From positions 4,162-68,161 of the forward strand of contig CAJXRQ010000013.1 of the NCBI GenBank assembly GCA_913060505.1: DNA of 64,000 nucleotides, in the 5' to 3' direction. Source of the stretch: an uncultured Desulfovibrio sp. (GTDB lineage: Bacteria; Desulfobacterota; Desulfovibrionia; Desulfovibrionales; Desulfovibrionaceae). A program made the translations under genes and the position numbers. Below are positions 38,414-47,869 of this stretch, piece by piece. Position 1 is the stretch's first letter. Each line of letters opens with the position of its first letter. The notes beneath the pieces are model-generated. The model saw only the letters and a list, made by a program, of their open reading frames with translations. It did not search any database and was not told the DNA's origin.

Positions 38414-39772
38414 TCAGGCGGACAACCGCTCCACGGTCTGGGCTACCTGACGCCCCAGCGGGGTCTTGCTGGCAATCTCGCGTTCCAGATTGGTTATTCC
38501 CTTGAGCACCGTGGAATGACGGCGGCCAAGCTTGTCACCAATCGCTTTCAGGGAAAGATCTGTATGTTTACGCGCAAGATAAAAAGCGGTGTTACGGGCC
38601 AGAACAACCTGCCGTTTACGGCTCTTGGAAATCAACTGCTGCTCGGACAGATCGTAGCTCTTGCATACGAACTCGATAATATGACCGAGATCGGGCGCAG
38701 CATTGGCCGCAGTATAATTTTCCAATACGTCCCAGGCCAAATCCATGGTCACGGCCCTATTGAGCAAACGGGCTTTGAGCACGAGGTTGTTGAGGCAGCT
38801 TTCCAACTGGCGGATGTCCGTTGTAATGCGTTCGGCCAGAAGGTCCGAAACCTCCACAGGGACATTCACCTGTAGTTTGCGGGCCTTTTCCTGCACGATA
38901 AGTCGTCTGGTCTGCAAATCGGGGCGTTCGATATTCGCCAGGAATCCTGAGCAGAAACGAGATACCAACTGGTTGTCAATACCGTTCAGTTCACGAGGCA
39001 AATACGGGCTAGTCAACACCACGCGGCAACCGCGTTCCCGCAACGCATTGAGGGTGCAAAGCAATTCGTTCTGCATCTTCTCCTTGCCCTGAAAGAAATG
39101 AATATCTTCCAAAAGCAAAACATCGATGCTTTCGCGAAACTGTGTCTTGAACTGGCTGATGCTGTTGGCCCGAATGGCCATGACCATCCGGTTGGCAAAC
39201 TGCTCTGCCGAAAGACAGGCAACGCTGATATTCTTTTTGTTCGCACGCCGGGAAAGGTCCCGGCCAATGGAATGCAGAAGGTGCGTCTTGCCCAGCCCCG
39301 GAGCGGAGCTAAGAAAAAGATGATCAGAATGCATGGCGTTATCGCACATGCTCTTGCTTGCAGCACAGGCCAGTTCATTACAAGGGCCCACAACGAAATC
39401 GTCAAAGGAAAAACGCCAATTGACCTTGGAAGCCTTGGGAACCTGCACGATGGGCAAGCCGGCCTGTCTGGGGGCGGCCACGGGAGCAGGCTTAGCGCTT
39501 CTTGGTGTATGAACTTTCTTTCCAGGGCGGCCTTCACTCAGCACGGCAATCTCTATCACCGGCTCCGTAGACAATATTTGCCTGGCTGCATCGCGAATGG
39601 GAGAAAAAAGCCTGTCTCTCACCCAATTGGCTACAAAATCATTAGGGGCAGTAAGCCGCAAGCGGTTCCCTTCGACCGAGCCCTTCAGGGGCTTGATCCA
39701 TACGGTGAACATTGCAGGGTTCAGGCTCTTTTCAAGAGAGTTGAGTATTTGGTTCCAGGCAGTCGTCGTCAT
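38414..39772 (-). CDS. dnaA: DnaA-family protein (possibly a paralog) with a divergent domain IV signature
   Basis: Domain I FTVWIKPL..APNDF, FSFDDFVVGPCN, PGLGKTHLL, LLLEDIH, LVSRF, DIRQLES, GRRHSTVLKG; no dnaN/recF/gyrB adjacent. Confidence 0.9.
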   Translation of the reverse strand: MTTTAWNQILNSLEKSLNPAMFTVWIKPLKGSVEGNRLRLTAPNDFVANWVRDRLFSPIRDAARQILSTEPVIEIAVLSEGRPGKKVHTPRSAKPAPVAAPRQAGLPIVQVPKASKVNWRFSFDDFVVGPCNELACAASKSMCDNAMHSDHLFLSSAPGLGKTHLLHSIGRDLSRRANKKNISVACLSAEQFANRMVMAIRANSISQFKTQFRESIDVLLLEDIHFFQGKEKMQNELLCTLNALRERGCRVVLTSPYLPRELNGIDNQLVSRFCSGFLANIERPDLQTRRLIVQEKARKLQVNVPVEVSDLLAERITTDIRQLESCLNNLVLKARLLNRAVTMDLAWDVLENYTAANAAPDLGHIIEFVCKSYDLSEQQLISKSRKRQVVLARNTAFYLARKHTDLSLKAIGDKLGRRHSTVLKGITNLEREIASKTPLGRQVAQTVERLSA

Positions 39773-39850
39773 GGGTCAGTTTATTATGGAAACAGCGCTT
39801 GTTCGACAACTATCAATTTCCTGACCAAGCCAAGACCGCCACACACTTTT

Positions 39851-40290
39851 ATCGACAGGGACACACACTCATAACACATTAAAATAATAGCATTTATTTT
39901 TAAAACCCTTGTCAGGCAAGGCTATTTCAGTGAGGGGTATGAAACAGCCAAGTGACAAGGCTTTCAAGAGTGTCAAGACAAAATTTCTACAAAATTTTCA
40001 CAATTACTGAATTACTTTTCAACAGGGTTTAAATACGATTATCTTGAAATATCTTAAATTTTAGCCGTATTTTTTATCAGTTAACAACAACTTCTTGACA
40101 CAAAATTGTTGACACACTGAAAAGAACAAGGGGTTAAACGCATAACCAGCTGTTTTAACACATCTATTGTAGTTCTATATTGTTTTTTGCTTTTTGCTTT
40201 ATAAAAACAGCATATCCCCATTGACATCCCGGAACCTTTTACCCGCAAGGATCGAGCAACTTCAAATTATGAACACACGTTTATTGTCGA
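39851..40290. repeat. AT-rich dnaA upstream region with repeated TT(G/A)ACACA and TGACAAGG-type motifs
   Basis: TTGACACA at 40095 and 40109, TTAACACA 40155, ATAACACA 39871, TGAACACA 40270, TTGACACT (minus strand) 39969-39976; inverted pair CCTTGTCA 39907-39914 / TGACAAGG 39953-39960. Confidence 0.55.
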
Positions 40291-40316
40291 TTTCATTGAT
40301 GTTTTTCTTTCCTTAA

Positions 40317-40352
40317 CAAAAGGGGATGGAAAGCTTAAAGCCTCCCATCCCC
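40317..40352 (-). terminator. Terminator downstream of thyX
   Basis: GGGGATGG...CCATCCCC stem with adjacent A-run (U-tract on the minus strand). Confidence 0.7.
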
Positions 40353-40380
40353 ATGAAAACGGACATATTTTTATGGGAAA

Positions 40381-41112
40381 CTAAGCGTCCATATCCCTCG
40401 TAGGGTATTTTCCGCACGCGAATTTCGGAGATTCCGGGCAATATCCAAGACGTTCACAACGAGCTCCCCCCAATTCAAAAATGGCCGGCAACGATTCTTT
40501 TGCCAGCGCCAACATCTGATCGGCCATGGCGCGCACTTCCCATTGAGCGCGCATGCAGCAGCGGAGACTGAAGAAATGCAGCAGACTCCGGCAGTTCATG
40601 GTCACCACAATCTTGGTTTCCGCAGCTTGCGGCAACACGAACCGAGCGTCTTCATTAGCTTTTGACTTGCGACCATGGGCCACAAGAATATCCCGCAGAT
40701 CACCGTATGCAGCCCCCACTTCTTCCATGAAACGCTCAAACCGTTCCTTGGCTTCCGGAATTTTGGCTATGGCAGGTGGGATCACATACTCCATGGAGTC
40801 TGTTACATAACGCTGGCTTTGCTGCGAGTAGGAAGCGATTCGATGCCGAACCAGCTGATGCGAACAGGCGCGGGATATTCCTTCAATGGCATAGGAAAAA
40901 TTGACATGCTCTATGGGGCTGTCGTGTCCAGAATCCAACACCTTGCGCACAAAATCGGCCTGAACATCACGTTCAACCTCCCCGTTCAGCAGCCGGGGCC
41001 ACATATCCGCCACAAAACCGGCGTGATAACATTGTCGAAACGCAGCATAGATCAGGGAAAGCGCATTGGGGGTAACACTCAGCAACTCCACCCTGAGTTT
41101 TTTTTCCGGCAT
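40381..41112 (-). CDS. thyX: FAD-dependent thymidylate synthase
   Basis: GHDSPIEH, HQLVRHRIASYSQQSQRY signature, EDARFVLP, AQWEVR. Confidence 0.97.
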   Translation of the reverse strand: MPEKKLRVELLSVTPNALSLIYAAFRQCYHAGFVADMWPRLLNGEVERDVQADFVRKVLDSGHDSPIEHVNFSYAIEGISRACSHQLVRHRIASYSQQSQRYVTDSMEYVIPPAIAKIPEAKERFERFMEEVGAAYGDLRDILVAHGRKSKANEDARFVLPQAAETKIVVTMNCRSLLHFFSLRCCMRAQWEVRAMADQMLALAKESLPAIFELGGARCERLGYCPESPKFACGKYPTRDMDA

Positions 41113-41275
41113 TCGTCGTAAACTCCACTATGATTGCGAAAGAAAAGACCGACCTACGCAGACGAGGGGGGGAACTCTCTTTCAATTTATTTCCTTCGAA
41201 GGGCTTTTACCCTGATTTCCTTACCGTCCGCAATCTGCAGTTCATGCTATTTTTAGGGACAAACAAGCAACGCTT

Positions 41276-41797
41276 CTACCAGGATATCTTTTCCATGGCA
41301 TCATCAGCCATTTCCCGGACGGAATCCGAAACCTGCACAAGAAAATGCAGAGCGGTCATGAATGCGGGCTGCATAACTTCAAGTTGCCGGGCGCACTCCC
41401 TCCACACGGCATCGATATCGCCAGAGGGAGCACGTTTTTCCAACCGTTCCGAAAGACTACGTGCATCTGCCATAAGATAAAACACCTTACCGGCACCATG
41501 TACGAACGACACATCCTCAGGATCAGAAAAAGCAACCTCGGGCACGACAATCACCTGCCCCCCTTGAGAACACACAAGACGTAATGCTTCCATATCATCC
41601 GGCTGCTGAAGCTGCGTCCCCATGCGGGAAGCCAACTCGTCCCCCAAGGCCACACGATTGCTGCCGGGCAGCCCCAAGAGCAGAATGTTTCCGGTCTCAC
41701 TCCACATATCCGCAAAGTCTTCCCGACGGTCTCCTTTGACAAAGACCTTGGTCTTGTCCGACTCAAGAACCGTCTGCTTCTTGTTTATGAAATTCAT
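41276..41797 (-). CDS. Shikimate-kinase-fold-like protein with degenerate P-loop
   Basis: NILLLGLPGSNRVALGDELASRM, GKVFYLMAD..LSERL. Confidence 0.6.
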   Translation of the reverse strand: MNFINKKQTVLESDKTKVFVKGDRREDFADMWSETGNILLLGLPGSNRVALGDELASRMGTQLQQPDDMEALRLVCSQGGQVIVVPEVAFSDPEDVSFVHGAGKVFYLMADARSLSERLEKRAPSGDIDAVWRECARQLEVMQPAFMTALHFLVQVSDSVREMADDAMEKISW

Positions 41798-41985
41798 TTT
41801 CTCGCCCCTCTATTACCTTATATATACTATCGTCGCCCATCTCTGGTACGACGCCACGCATGGATTCGCAAGCCCAACTTACTTTCTTGCACGAAGACAC
41901 GGAGATAATCATATCATACGGTTGCGGCAAAATGTGCTGTGGTATATCCTCCGCCCTGAAACAATCATGAATTCAAGGAGTCCTC

Positions 41986-42771
41986 ATGAACAAAAAGTAC
42001 ATCATTATCGGCGGCGGTGTTCTTGTGGTGGCCGTTATCGGTTTCATCATCATGGCCATCCTGAACCTTGGCTCGCTCATTAAAATTGCGGTGGAAGAGG
42101 TCGGTCCTCGGCTGACAAAGTCAGAAGTCAAACTCAATTCTGCCGACATCTCCTTCCTTTCCGGTTCCGGAGAACTGGACGGCCTGCTGGTCGGAAATCC
42201 AAAGGGTTTCACTGCCCCGGAAGCCATCAAGGTTGGCAACATCCGCATGACTGTTGACAAGGCTTCCCTGGCAACGGACCGCATTATCATCCGTGAAATC
42301 GTTATTGAATCTCCGGAAATCACCTATGAAAAAAAAGGAAAAACCGACAACTTCAAGACACTCATCGCCAACGTAAACAAAGCCGTTGCCAGTGAAAAAA
42401 AACAGTCGTCCACCAAGGATTCCAACGCCAAAAAAGATTCTGGCGCACAAAAGAAAATCCAGATCGACAGCCTGATCATCAAGGACGGCAAGGTCAACCT
42501 TGCCGGAGGGATGCTTGAAGTCTTTGGCGATAAGGGAATGGGAATTGAACTACCCACCATCCAGCTGAAGGATATCGGCAAGAAGAAAGACACCAGCCCG
42601 GCGCAGGCCTTTGCCCTGGTCCTCAATGAAATGACCAAGGGAATTGGTTCCTCTGTTGGTAACGTTGCCAAAACTCTTCAGGACACACTCAAGAAAGGCC
42701 TTGAATCCGGCGAAGGTACTGTGGACAGTGTGACCAAGGGCATCAAGGGGCTGTTTGGCAGCGACAAATAA
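41986..42771 (+). CDS. Membrane-anchored AsmA/DUF748-like protein
   Basis: Single N-terminal TM helix, VGNPKGF, IIIREIVIESPEITYE..NF, IQLKDIG. Confidence 0.7.
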   Translation: MNKKYIIIGGGVLVVAVIGFIIMAILNLGSLIKIAVEEVGPRLTKSEVKLNSADISFLSGSGELDGLLVGNPKGFTAPEAIKVGNIRMTVDKASLATDRIIIREIVIESPEITYEKKGKTDNFKTLIANVNKAVASEKKQSSTKDSNAKKDSGAQKKIQIDSLIIKDGKVNLAGGMLEVFGDKGMGIELPTIQLKDIGKKKDTSPAQAFALVLNEMTKGIGSSVGNVAKTLQDTLKKGLESGEGTVDSVTKGIKGLFGSDK

Positions 42772-42792
42772 CGCAGTCATTTGCAAAGCAAC

Positions 42793-42822
42793 AAGGGGCC
42801 GGGCCATAGTGTCCGGCCCTTT
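42793..42822 (+). terminator. Rho-independent terminator
   Basis: GGGCCGGGC-CATAGT-GTCCGGCCC-TTT. Confidence 0.75.
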
Positions 42823-42873
42823 TCATTTGTCTGAACTTGCCCGCAACGCATTGATGACGTACACATTTCCGTT

Positions 42874-44544
42874 ATGAACCCCAACAGCGCAAAACACCCG
42901 CAATATAAAGCGGAAGCAATCACCGACCAAACGGGAATTGTCGACATTCGCATCCATATTGCCGGTAAAGTCCTCCATATGTGGGGCAGAAACGCTGTTC
43001 AACGGGAACAGGCACTTGCCCAATCCGTGCCGCAAAATGTGGTTCCCGTTTTACTTGGCGCTGGTTTAGGGTATTGTGCCAATCAACTTTTACAGCACGG
43101 TTTCACCGTGGCGATCGCCGATACAGCCCCGGCAATACGGGAACTGGGCGAAATGCCGGATGACGTATTGCTTCTGGAAGGCTCGGTAGACGAAGTTATA
43201 CGCAAACTTCGACAAATCAGCGCTGAAACGCGAAAACCGCTATACCCTGTCAAAATCCCCTTTTATCTTCGCCTCGATCCAAACTGGTACGGCAGTATCG
43301 CCAAAGCCATTGAAACGTCATTGGAGCCAGATTTCTGGCAGCGCATGGCTTATCCACGATTTCAATCCGCCAAACCGCGTATCCTTTTCATGGATGCGGA
43401 TTATTTTCTCAGTGGCGAAATCCTCACGGCCATGAAGCGCCTGGACATACCGCATGTTGTTCTCCCGGTTCCCAAACAGGGACAACCCGGCAACCAATAT
43501 ATGGAATCGCTGCTACATAGTGTGCTTGCATTCAAGCCGGACTTCCTGCTCACGGTCAACCATTTCGGTCTGGACCGTGAGGGAAAAATCACTAACCTGT
43601 TGCAACGCATGAACCTGCCTCTGGCATCATGGTTTGTGGACAACCCTCACCTCATCCTCTACCGCTATGCGGAACTGGACGCACCCAACATAGCCCTGTT
43701 CACTTACGATGCCGGAAACATGGTACAAATGCGAAACCGTGGTTTTGCCAACGTGTACCATCTGCCATTGGCCACTGATCCACATCGTTTCCATCCTGAT
43801 TCGGGCCCAGGCCGCAGAGCATGGCAGTCCGAAGTGTCATTTGTTGGCAACTCCATGCGCACGGCCGTACAAAACGCCCTGCGGCAAACAGGCATGAAGC
43901 AGAGCCTTGAACCGATATATCGCGCAGTGGCACGAGACTTTGCCCGATCAAAAAAGAAGTCGGTTGCCGAGTTTCTTGAGCAGACCTATCCCGATACGGC
44001 GCAACAGTTGAACCGCAAAAATTCGCTCGAACAACAGCTTGCTGTGGAAAGCCTCATTACATGGGAAGCGACACGCCAATACCGCCTGTCCTGCGTGAAG
44101 GAAACATTGCGCTTTGCTCCGTTAATCGTAGGAGACCACGGGTGGAAGGAACAGCTAGAATCCACGGAATCATGGCGCCACCTGCAACGCCTGGATTATT
44201 ACACCGATCTCCCCCGTTTCTATCCATGCACGACCATCAACTTCAACTGCACCAGCCTGCAAATGAAGGGCGCCGTCAATCAAAGAGTATTTGATGTTCC
44301 GGCAACCGGAGCCTTTGTGCTTACGGATCAGCGAGAACAACTTGATAATTTGTTCGAACCGGGCACCGAGTGTGTAACCTATCGAACTTCTGAAGAAATA
44401 CCAGGACTGATTGAACAATACCTCGCAGACACGCCACGCCGCAACGCTATCGTAACCGCGGCCCGATCAAGAATCTTGGCAGAACACACCTATGTACACC
44501 GTATGAAGACTCTCTGCTCAACCATGCGGCAGACCTTCGCCTGA
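42874..44544 (+). CDS. CgeB/DUF3880-type glycosyltransferase (likely flagellin modification)
   Basis: SWFVDNP, HLPLATDP, VSFVGN, INFNCTSLQMKGAVNQRVFDVP, ILAEHTYVHR; immediately upstream of flagellin. Confidence 0.85.
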   Translation: MNPNSAKHPQYKAEAITDQTGIVDIRIHIAGKVLHMWGRNAVQREQALAQSVPQNVVPVLLGAGLGYCANQLLQHGFTVAIADTAPAIRELGEMPDDVLLLEGSVDEVIRKLRQISAETRKPLYPVKIPFYLRLDPNWYGSIAKAIETSLEPDFWQRMAYPRFQSAKPRILFMDADYFLSGEILTAMKRLDIPHVVLPVPKQGQPGNQYMESLLHSVLAFKPDFLLTVNHFGLDREGKITNLLQRMNLPLASWFVDNPHLILYRYAELDAPNIALFTYDAGNMVQMRNRGFANVYHLPLATDPHRFHPDSGPGRRAWQSEVSFVGNSMRTAVQNALRQTGMKQSLEPIYRAVARDFARSKKKSVAEFLEQTYPDTAQQLNRKNSLEQQLAVESLITWEATRQYRLSCVKETLRFAPLIVGDHGWKEQLESTESWRHLQRLDYYTDLPRFYPCTTINFNCTSLQMKGAVNQRVFDVPATGAFVLTDQREQLDNLFEPGTECVTYRTSEEIPGLIEQYLADTPRRNAIVTAARSRILAEHTYVHRMKTLCSTMRQTFA

Positions 44545-44631
44545 CCAGTCTCCCAGCCCCTCCCCCATCGTATATTTAGTTATATAAGGAAACATCTCTC
44601 TTCAGGCCAAAGAGGGAGTTTTCGGACACCT

Positions 44632-44665
44632 GAAAAGCAGAAAAAAATTCTTTTCTGCTTTTTTT
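44632..44665 (+). terminator. Terminator upstream of the flagellin promoter
   Basis: AAAAGCAGAAAA / TTTTCTGCTTTT stem with T tail. Confidence 0.6.
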
Positions 44666-44839
44666 CCTTTGCCGCAGTTGCCCATCACAGCCCTCAGCAA
44701 AAAATTATACGCCCTCTTTCCTCGCAATAAAATGGATTAATTACAAATAGATAAGTCAAACAAGATCAAACAAAACCATCCGGACAGCACAGACCACTCT
44801 GGTTTCCAAAACAAAAAAATAAAGTTTTATCGCAAACCC

Positions 44840-44866
44840 TAAAGTTTTCTACATCCATACCGATAA
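44840..44866 (+). promoter_or_regulatory. Sigma-28 (FliA) promoter of flagellin
   Basis: TAAA(44840-43)-N15-ACCGATAA(44859-66); a second TAAAGTTTT lies 20 bp upstream; the leader has several GGA (CsrA-type) motifs. Confidence 0.85.
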
Positions 44867-44957
44867 ATTGAGCACACAGTAAGAGGAATGTCGGTCATCG
44901 GATCTGACCGGCACAAAGGCAAGGAAGCCGCAGAACATTTTCAAGGAGGAAAACCCC

Positions 44958-45875
44958 ATGTCCATGGTTATCAACCACAACTTGATGGCAATGAATGCCT
45001 CTCGCAACTTGGCCAACTCGTACAGTGCTCTTGGCACATCCACCAGGCGCCTGTCTTCAGGTCTTCGCGTCGGCACCGCTGCTGACGACGCCGCAGGCCT
45101 GGCCATTCGCGAACTCATGCGGTCTGACATTTCGTCACTCCAACAGGGTATCCGTAACGCCAACGACGGCATCTCGCTGATCCAGACGGCTGACGGCGCT
45201 CTCGGCGTTGTCGACGAAAAGCTCATCCGCATGAAGGAACTGGCGACTCAGGCCGCTTCCGGTACCTACAACTCGGACCAGCGTATGATCATTGACTCCG
45301 AGTACCAGGCAATGGCATCGGAAGTCACTCGTATCGCCAGCTCCACGGACTTCAACGGCATCTACCTGCTTAACGGCAACCTGTCCGGCGAGAACTCGGA
45401 CCACAACGGGCACCTGGCAAAGTCCACGGGTCCGCTGAAGGTTCACTTCGGTTCCGGCAACGACTGCTCGGAAGATTACTACTACATCTCTATCGGTACT
45501 TCTACCGCCTCCGCCTTGGGTCTCGGCCATGGCGCCGCCGCCAAGGCCGGAACGGGTGAAGCAGCAAATGCCGGTAAGGCTATCTCCACGCAGGCTTTGG
45601 CTCAGGCCTCCCTGGCAGCACTCGACAAAGCGATCATCTCCAAAGACCAGATCCGCGCGAACCTCGGTGCCCTGCAGAACAGGCTTGAAAACACTGTGAG
45701 CGTCTTGGGAATCCAGGTTGAAAACATTCAGTCTGCTGAATCCCAGATCTCCGATGTCGACGTGGCGACCGAAATGACCGAATTCGTCCGCCAGCAGATT
45801 CTGACTCAGTCCGCAGTTAGCATGCTGTCCCAGGCAAACAGCTTGCCGAAGATGGCCATGTCCCTCATGGGCTAG
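44958..45875 (+). CDS. fliC: Flagellin (305 aa)
   Basis: RLSSGLRVGTAADDAAGLAI, NANDGISLIQTADGAL, RANLGALQNRLE, ESQISDVDVATEM. Confidence 0.97.
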   Translation: MSMVINHNLMAMNASRNLANSYSALGTSTRRLSSGLRVGTAADDAAGLAIRELMRSDISSLQQGIRNANDGISLIQTADGALGVVDEKLIRMKELATQAASGTYNSDQRMIIDSEYQAMASEVTRIASSTDFNGIYLLNGNLSGENSDHNGHLAKSTGPLKVHFGSGNDCSEDYYYISIGTSTASALGLGHGAAAKAGTGEAANAGKAISTQALAQASLAALDKAIISKDQIRANLGALQNRLENTVSVLGIQVENIQSAESQISDVDVATEMTEFVRQQILTQSAVSMLSQANSLPKMAMSLMG

Positions 45876-45910
45876 CACTGACGAGAACGAATCGAATCGT
45901 CGCAATGGCA

Positions 45911-45943
45911 GGCCGGACAGCTCAGAGGGCTGTCCGGCCCTTT
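45911..45943 (+). terminator. Terminator after flagellin
   Basis: GGCCGGACAGCTC-AGA-GGGCTGTCCGGCC stem. Confidence 0.75.
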
Positions 45944-45950
45944 GCATAAA

Positions 45951-45966
45951 TGGCACCCGCCTTGCA
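45951..45966 (+). promoter_or_regulatory. Sigma-54 (-24/-12) promoter of fliD-fliS
   Basis: TGGCAC-CCGCC-TTGCA, an exact consensus 52 bp before the fliD ATG. Confidence 0.88.
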
Positions 45967-46018
45967 TTAAAATAACCGGAAAACCTCAGAAGGAAAATAT
46001 TTCCACAAAGGACGCATC

Positions 46019-47845
46019 ATGGCGACAGATCTGATTTCCGGACAAATCTCATTTGCAGGGCTCGGTAGCGGCACTGATTTCAGTTCGCTCATTGAAGGGC
46101 TGATGAAAATTGAACAGCGCCGCGTGACCTCACTGGAAACATGGAAGGCCACTTGGGAAGAAAAAGTTAAGGAATTCAAGGATCTTAACAGCAAGATGCT
46201 CAGTCTGCGCACGACATTGCAAAAGATGGATACCGTCAACGAATTCCTTGCCAAGACGGCAAACAGCACAAACAGCTCCATTCTAACAGCTACGGCAAAT
46301 GGAGAGGCTGAGTCCGGAACCTATCAGGTTGAAGTTGGAGCCATCGCCAAAAATGATGTTTTCATTACCAGTTCCGGAGCGAGCGACCTAAACACATCAG
46401 TAGTCAGTTCCAGTTCAAATTTTACATTCTCCTATGCCGGAGAAACCTATACAATCAGTAATATTGCTGCAGGAACAACACTCACGGGGCTTTTGAACAC
46501 CATCAACACGCACCCTGAAGCAAGCAAATACATCAAAGCGACCACAATATATGATGGAACGACCTATCACCTGCAGTTGACGGCAAAAGACTTGGGAGCA
46601 GACAATCAGCTTGCCATTTCCAATACCGGGGCAATGATATTCTCTCCATCGGATTTCCAGGAGACCCAAAATGCACAAGATGCAAAAATACGCATCAACG
46701 GTTTCCCATCGGCTTCCGACGCATGGATGGAGCGAGACTCAAACTCCATTACTGATGCGATTACCGGAGTGACGCTCAATCTCAAAGAAGCCTCTCCGGG
46801 AACCACTGCCACAATCACCGTGGCCACGGATAAAGAAGCCATCAAGGAAAATATTCGTACATTTGTGGATGAAGTGAATGTCATTAGGCAAAAAATTCTG
46901 GACATCACGTCTGTCGACACCAACTACAGCGGCAGCGATAACTCCTCGGATACCACCACGAAATCAAGCTGGCAAAAAAACTATTCCAGCAACGTTTCAA
47001 CGGGATCCAGTAAAATCAAGGGATCCATCCTTACGGGTAACTACGGGCTGCAAATAATCTCCCAAAAGCTTAACAACCTTACGGCCGAAAAAGGCCTGGC
47101 GTTCGAATTTTACAATGAGGACACCGGAGAAGGAGACCTTTTTTCCGCACTCTCCCAAGTGGGTATTTATACGGACCCGGACAAAGGTTCCCCCACATAC
47201 GGGCAACTCCTTATTCGGGAAAGTACGGATGACCCCAGCAAAAAGTTTCAAACTCTGGATTGGGCTTTGGAGAAAGATATAGACGCTGTTGCGCACCTTT
47301 TCGCCGACAACCTGCGTCCCGAAAGCAAAAGCTCGGACCTTGCATATGTATCCTCATTGGAAGGCATGACATCAGCAGGTGTGCATGAGGTAAGCATTGT
47401 CACCAGCGGCGCGGGTATTTCCAGCGCCACCATCAACGGCGAAGCTGTAGCAATTTCCGCAGACGGGCGAACCATAACGGGGCAGCAGGGAACAGCAGCC
47501 GCGGGTTTGCAGGTAAAGCTGACCAATTTTCAGGCGAATACAACCATCACCGGAGACATCCACCTCAAAAACGGTAAAATCAAGGAACTTGTTGACGAAT
47601 TGGAAGTTCTTACCGAAGAATATAACGATTACACAGACGAGGGTGGTCCGCTGAATGTGCTTATTCATAACTATGGCGATATTATGGACAGCATCAACAA
47701 AAAGATAGAGTTCGAGGAACGGCGTATTGCTCAAATGGAATACAACTACAAATTGAAATTTTCCCGGCTCGATTCTACACTCAATAAATACAGCAATATA
47801 CAATCACAGCTGTCAAGCCAGATTTCAAAAATGAACCAGAGCTAG
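46019..47845 (+). CDS. fliD: Flagellar filament cap protein
   Basis: FAGLGSGTDFSSLIEGLM, AQDAKIRING, SNSITDAITGVTLNL, C-terminal KFSRLDSTL..LSSQ. Confidence 0.93.
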   Translation: MATDLISGQISFAGLGSGTDFSSLIEGLMKIEQRRVTSLETWKATWEEKVKEFKDLNSKMLSLRTTLQKMDTVNEFLAKTANSTNSSILTATANGEAESGTYQVEVGAIAKNDVFITSSGASDLNTSVVSSSSNFTFSYAGETYTISNIAAGTTLTGLLNTINTHPEASKYIKATTIYDGTTYHLQLTAKDLGADNQLAISNTGAMIFSPSDFQETQNAQDAKIRINGFPSASDAWMERDSNSITDAITGVTLNLKEASPGTTATITVATDKEAIKENIRTFVDEVNVIRQKILDITSVDTNYSGSDNSSDTTTKSSWQKNYSSNVSTGSSKIKGSILTGNYGLQIISQKLNNLTAEKGLAFEFYNEDTGEGDLFSALSQVGIYTDPDKGSPTYGQLLIRESTDDPSKKFQTLDWALEKDIDAVAHLFADNLRPESKSSDLAYVSSLEGMTSAGVHEVSIVTSGAGISSATINGEAVAISADGRTITGQQGTAAAGLQVKLTNFQANTTITGDIHLKNGKIKELVDELEVLTEEYNDYTDEGGPLNVLIHNYGDIMDSINKKIEFEERRIAQMEYNYKLKFSRLDSTLNKYSNIQSQLSSQISKMNQS

Positions 47846-47869
47846 GTGCCTCTAGGGAAGGAGTGAATT

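Noticed and set aside
39773-40380. Calling this region the canonical oriC
   Set aside because: No canonical DnaA boxes and no dnaN/gyrB. By eye, + strand intergenic DNA looks C- and A-rich on both sides, so no skew switch is evident (not computed). Kept only as a hypothesis.
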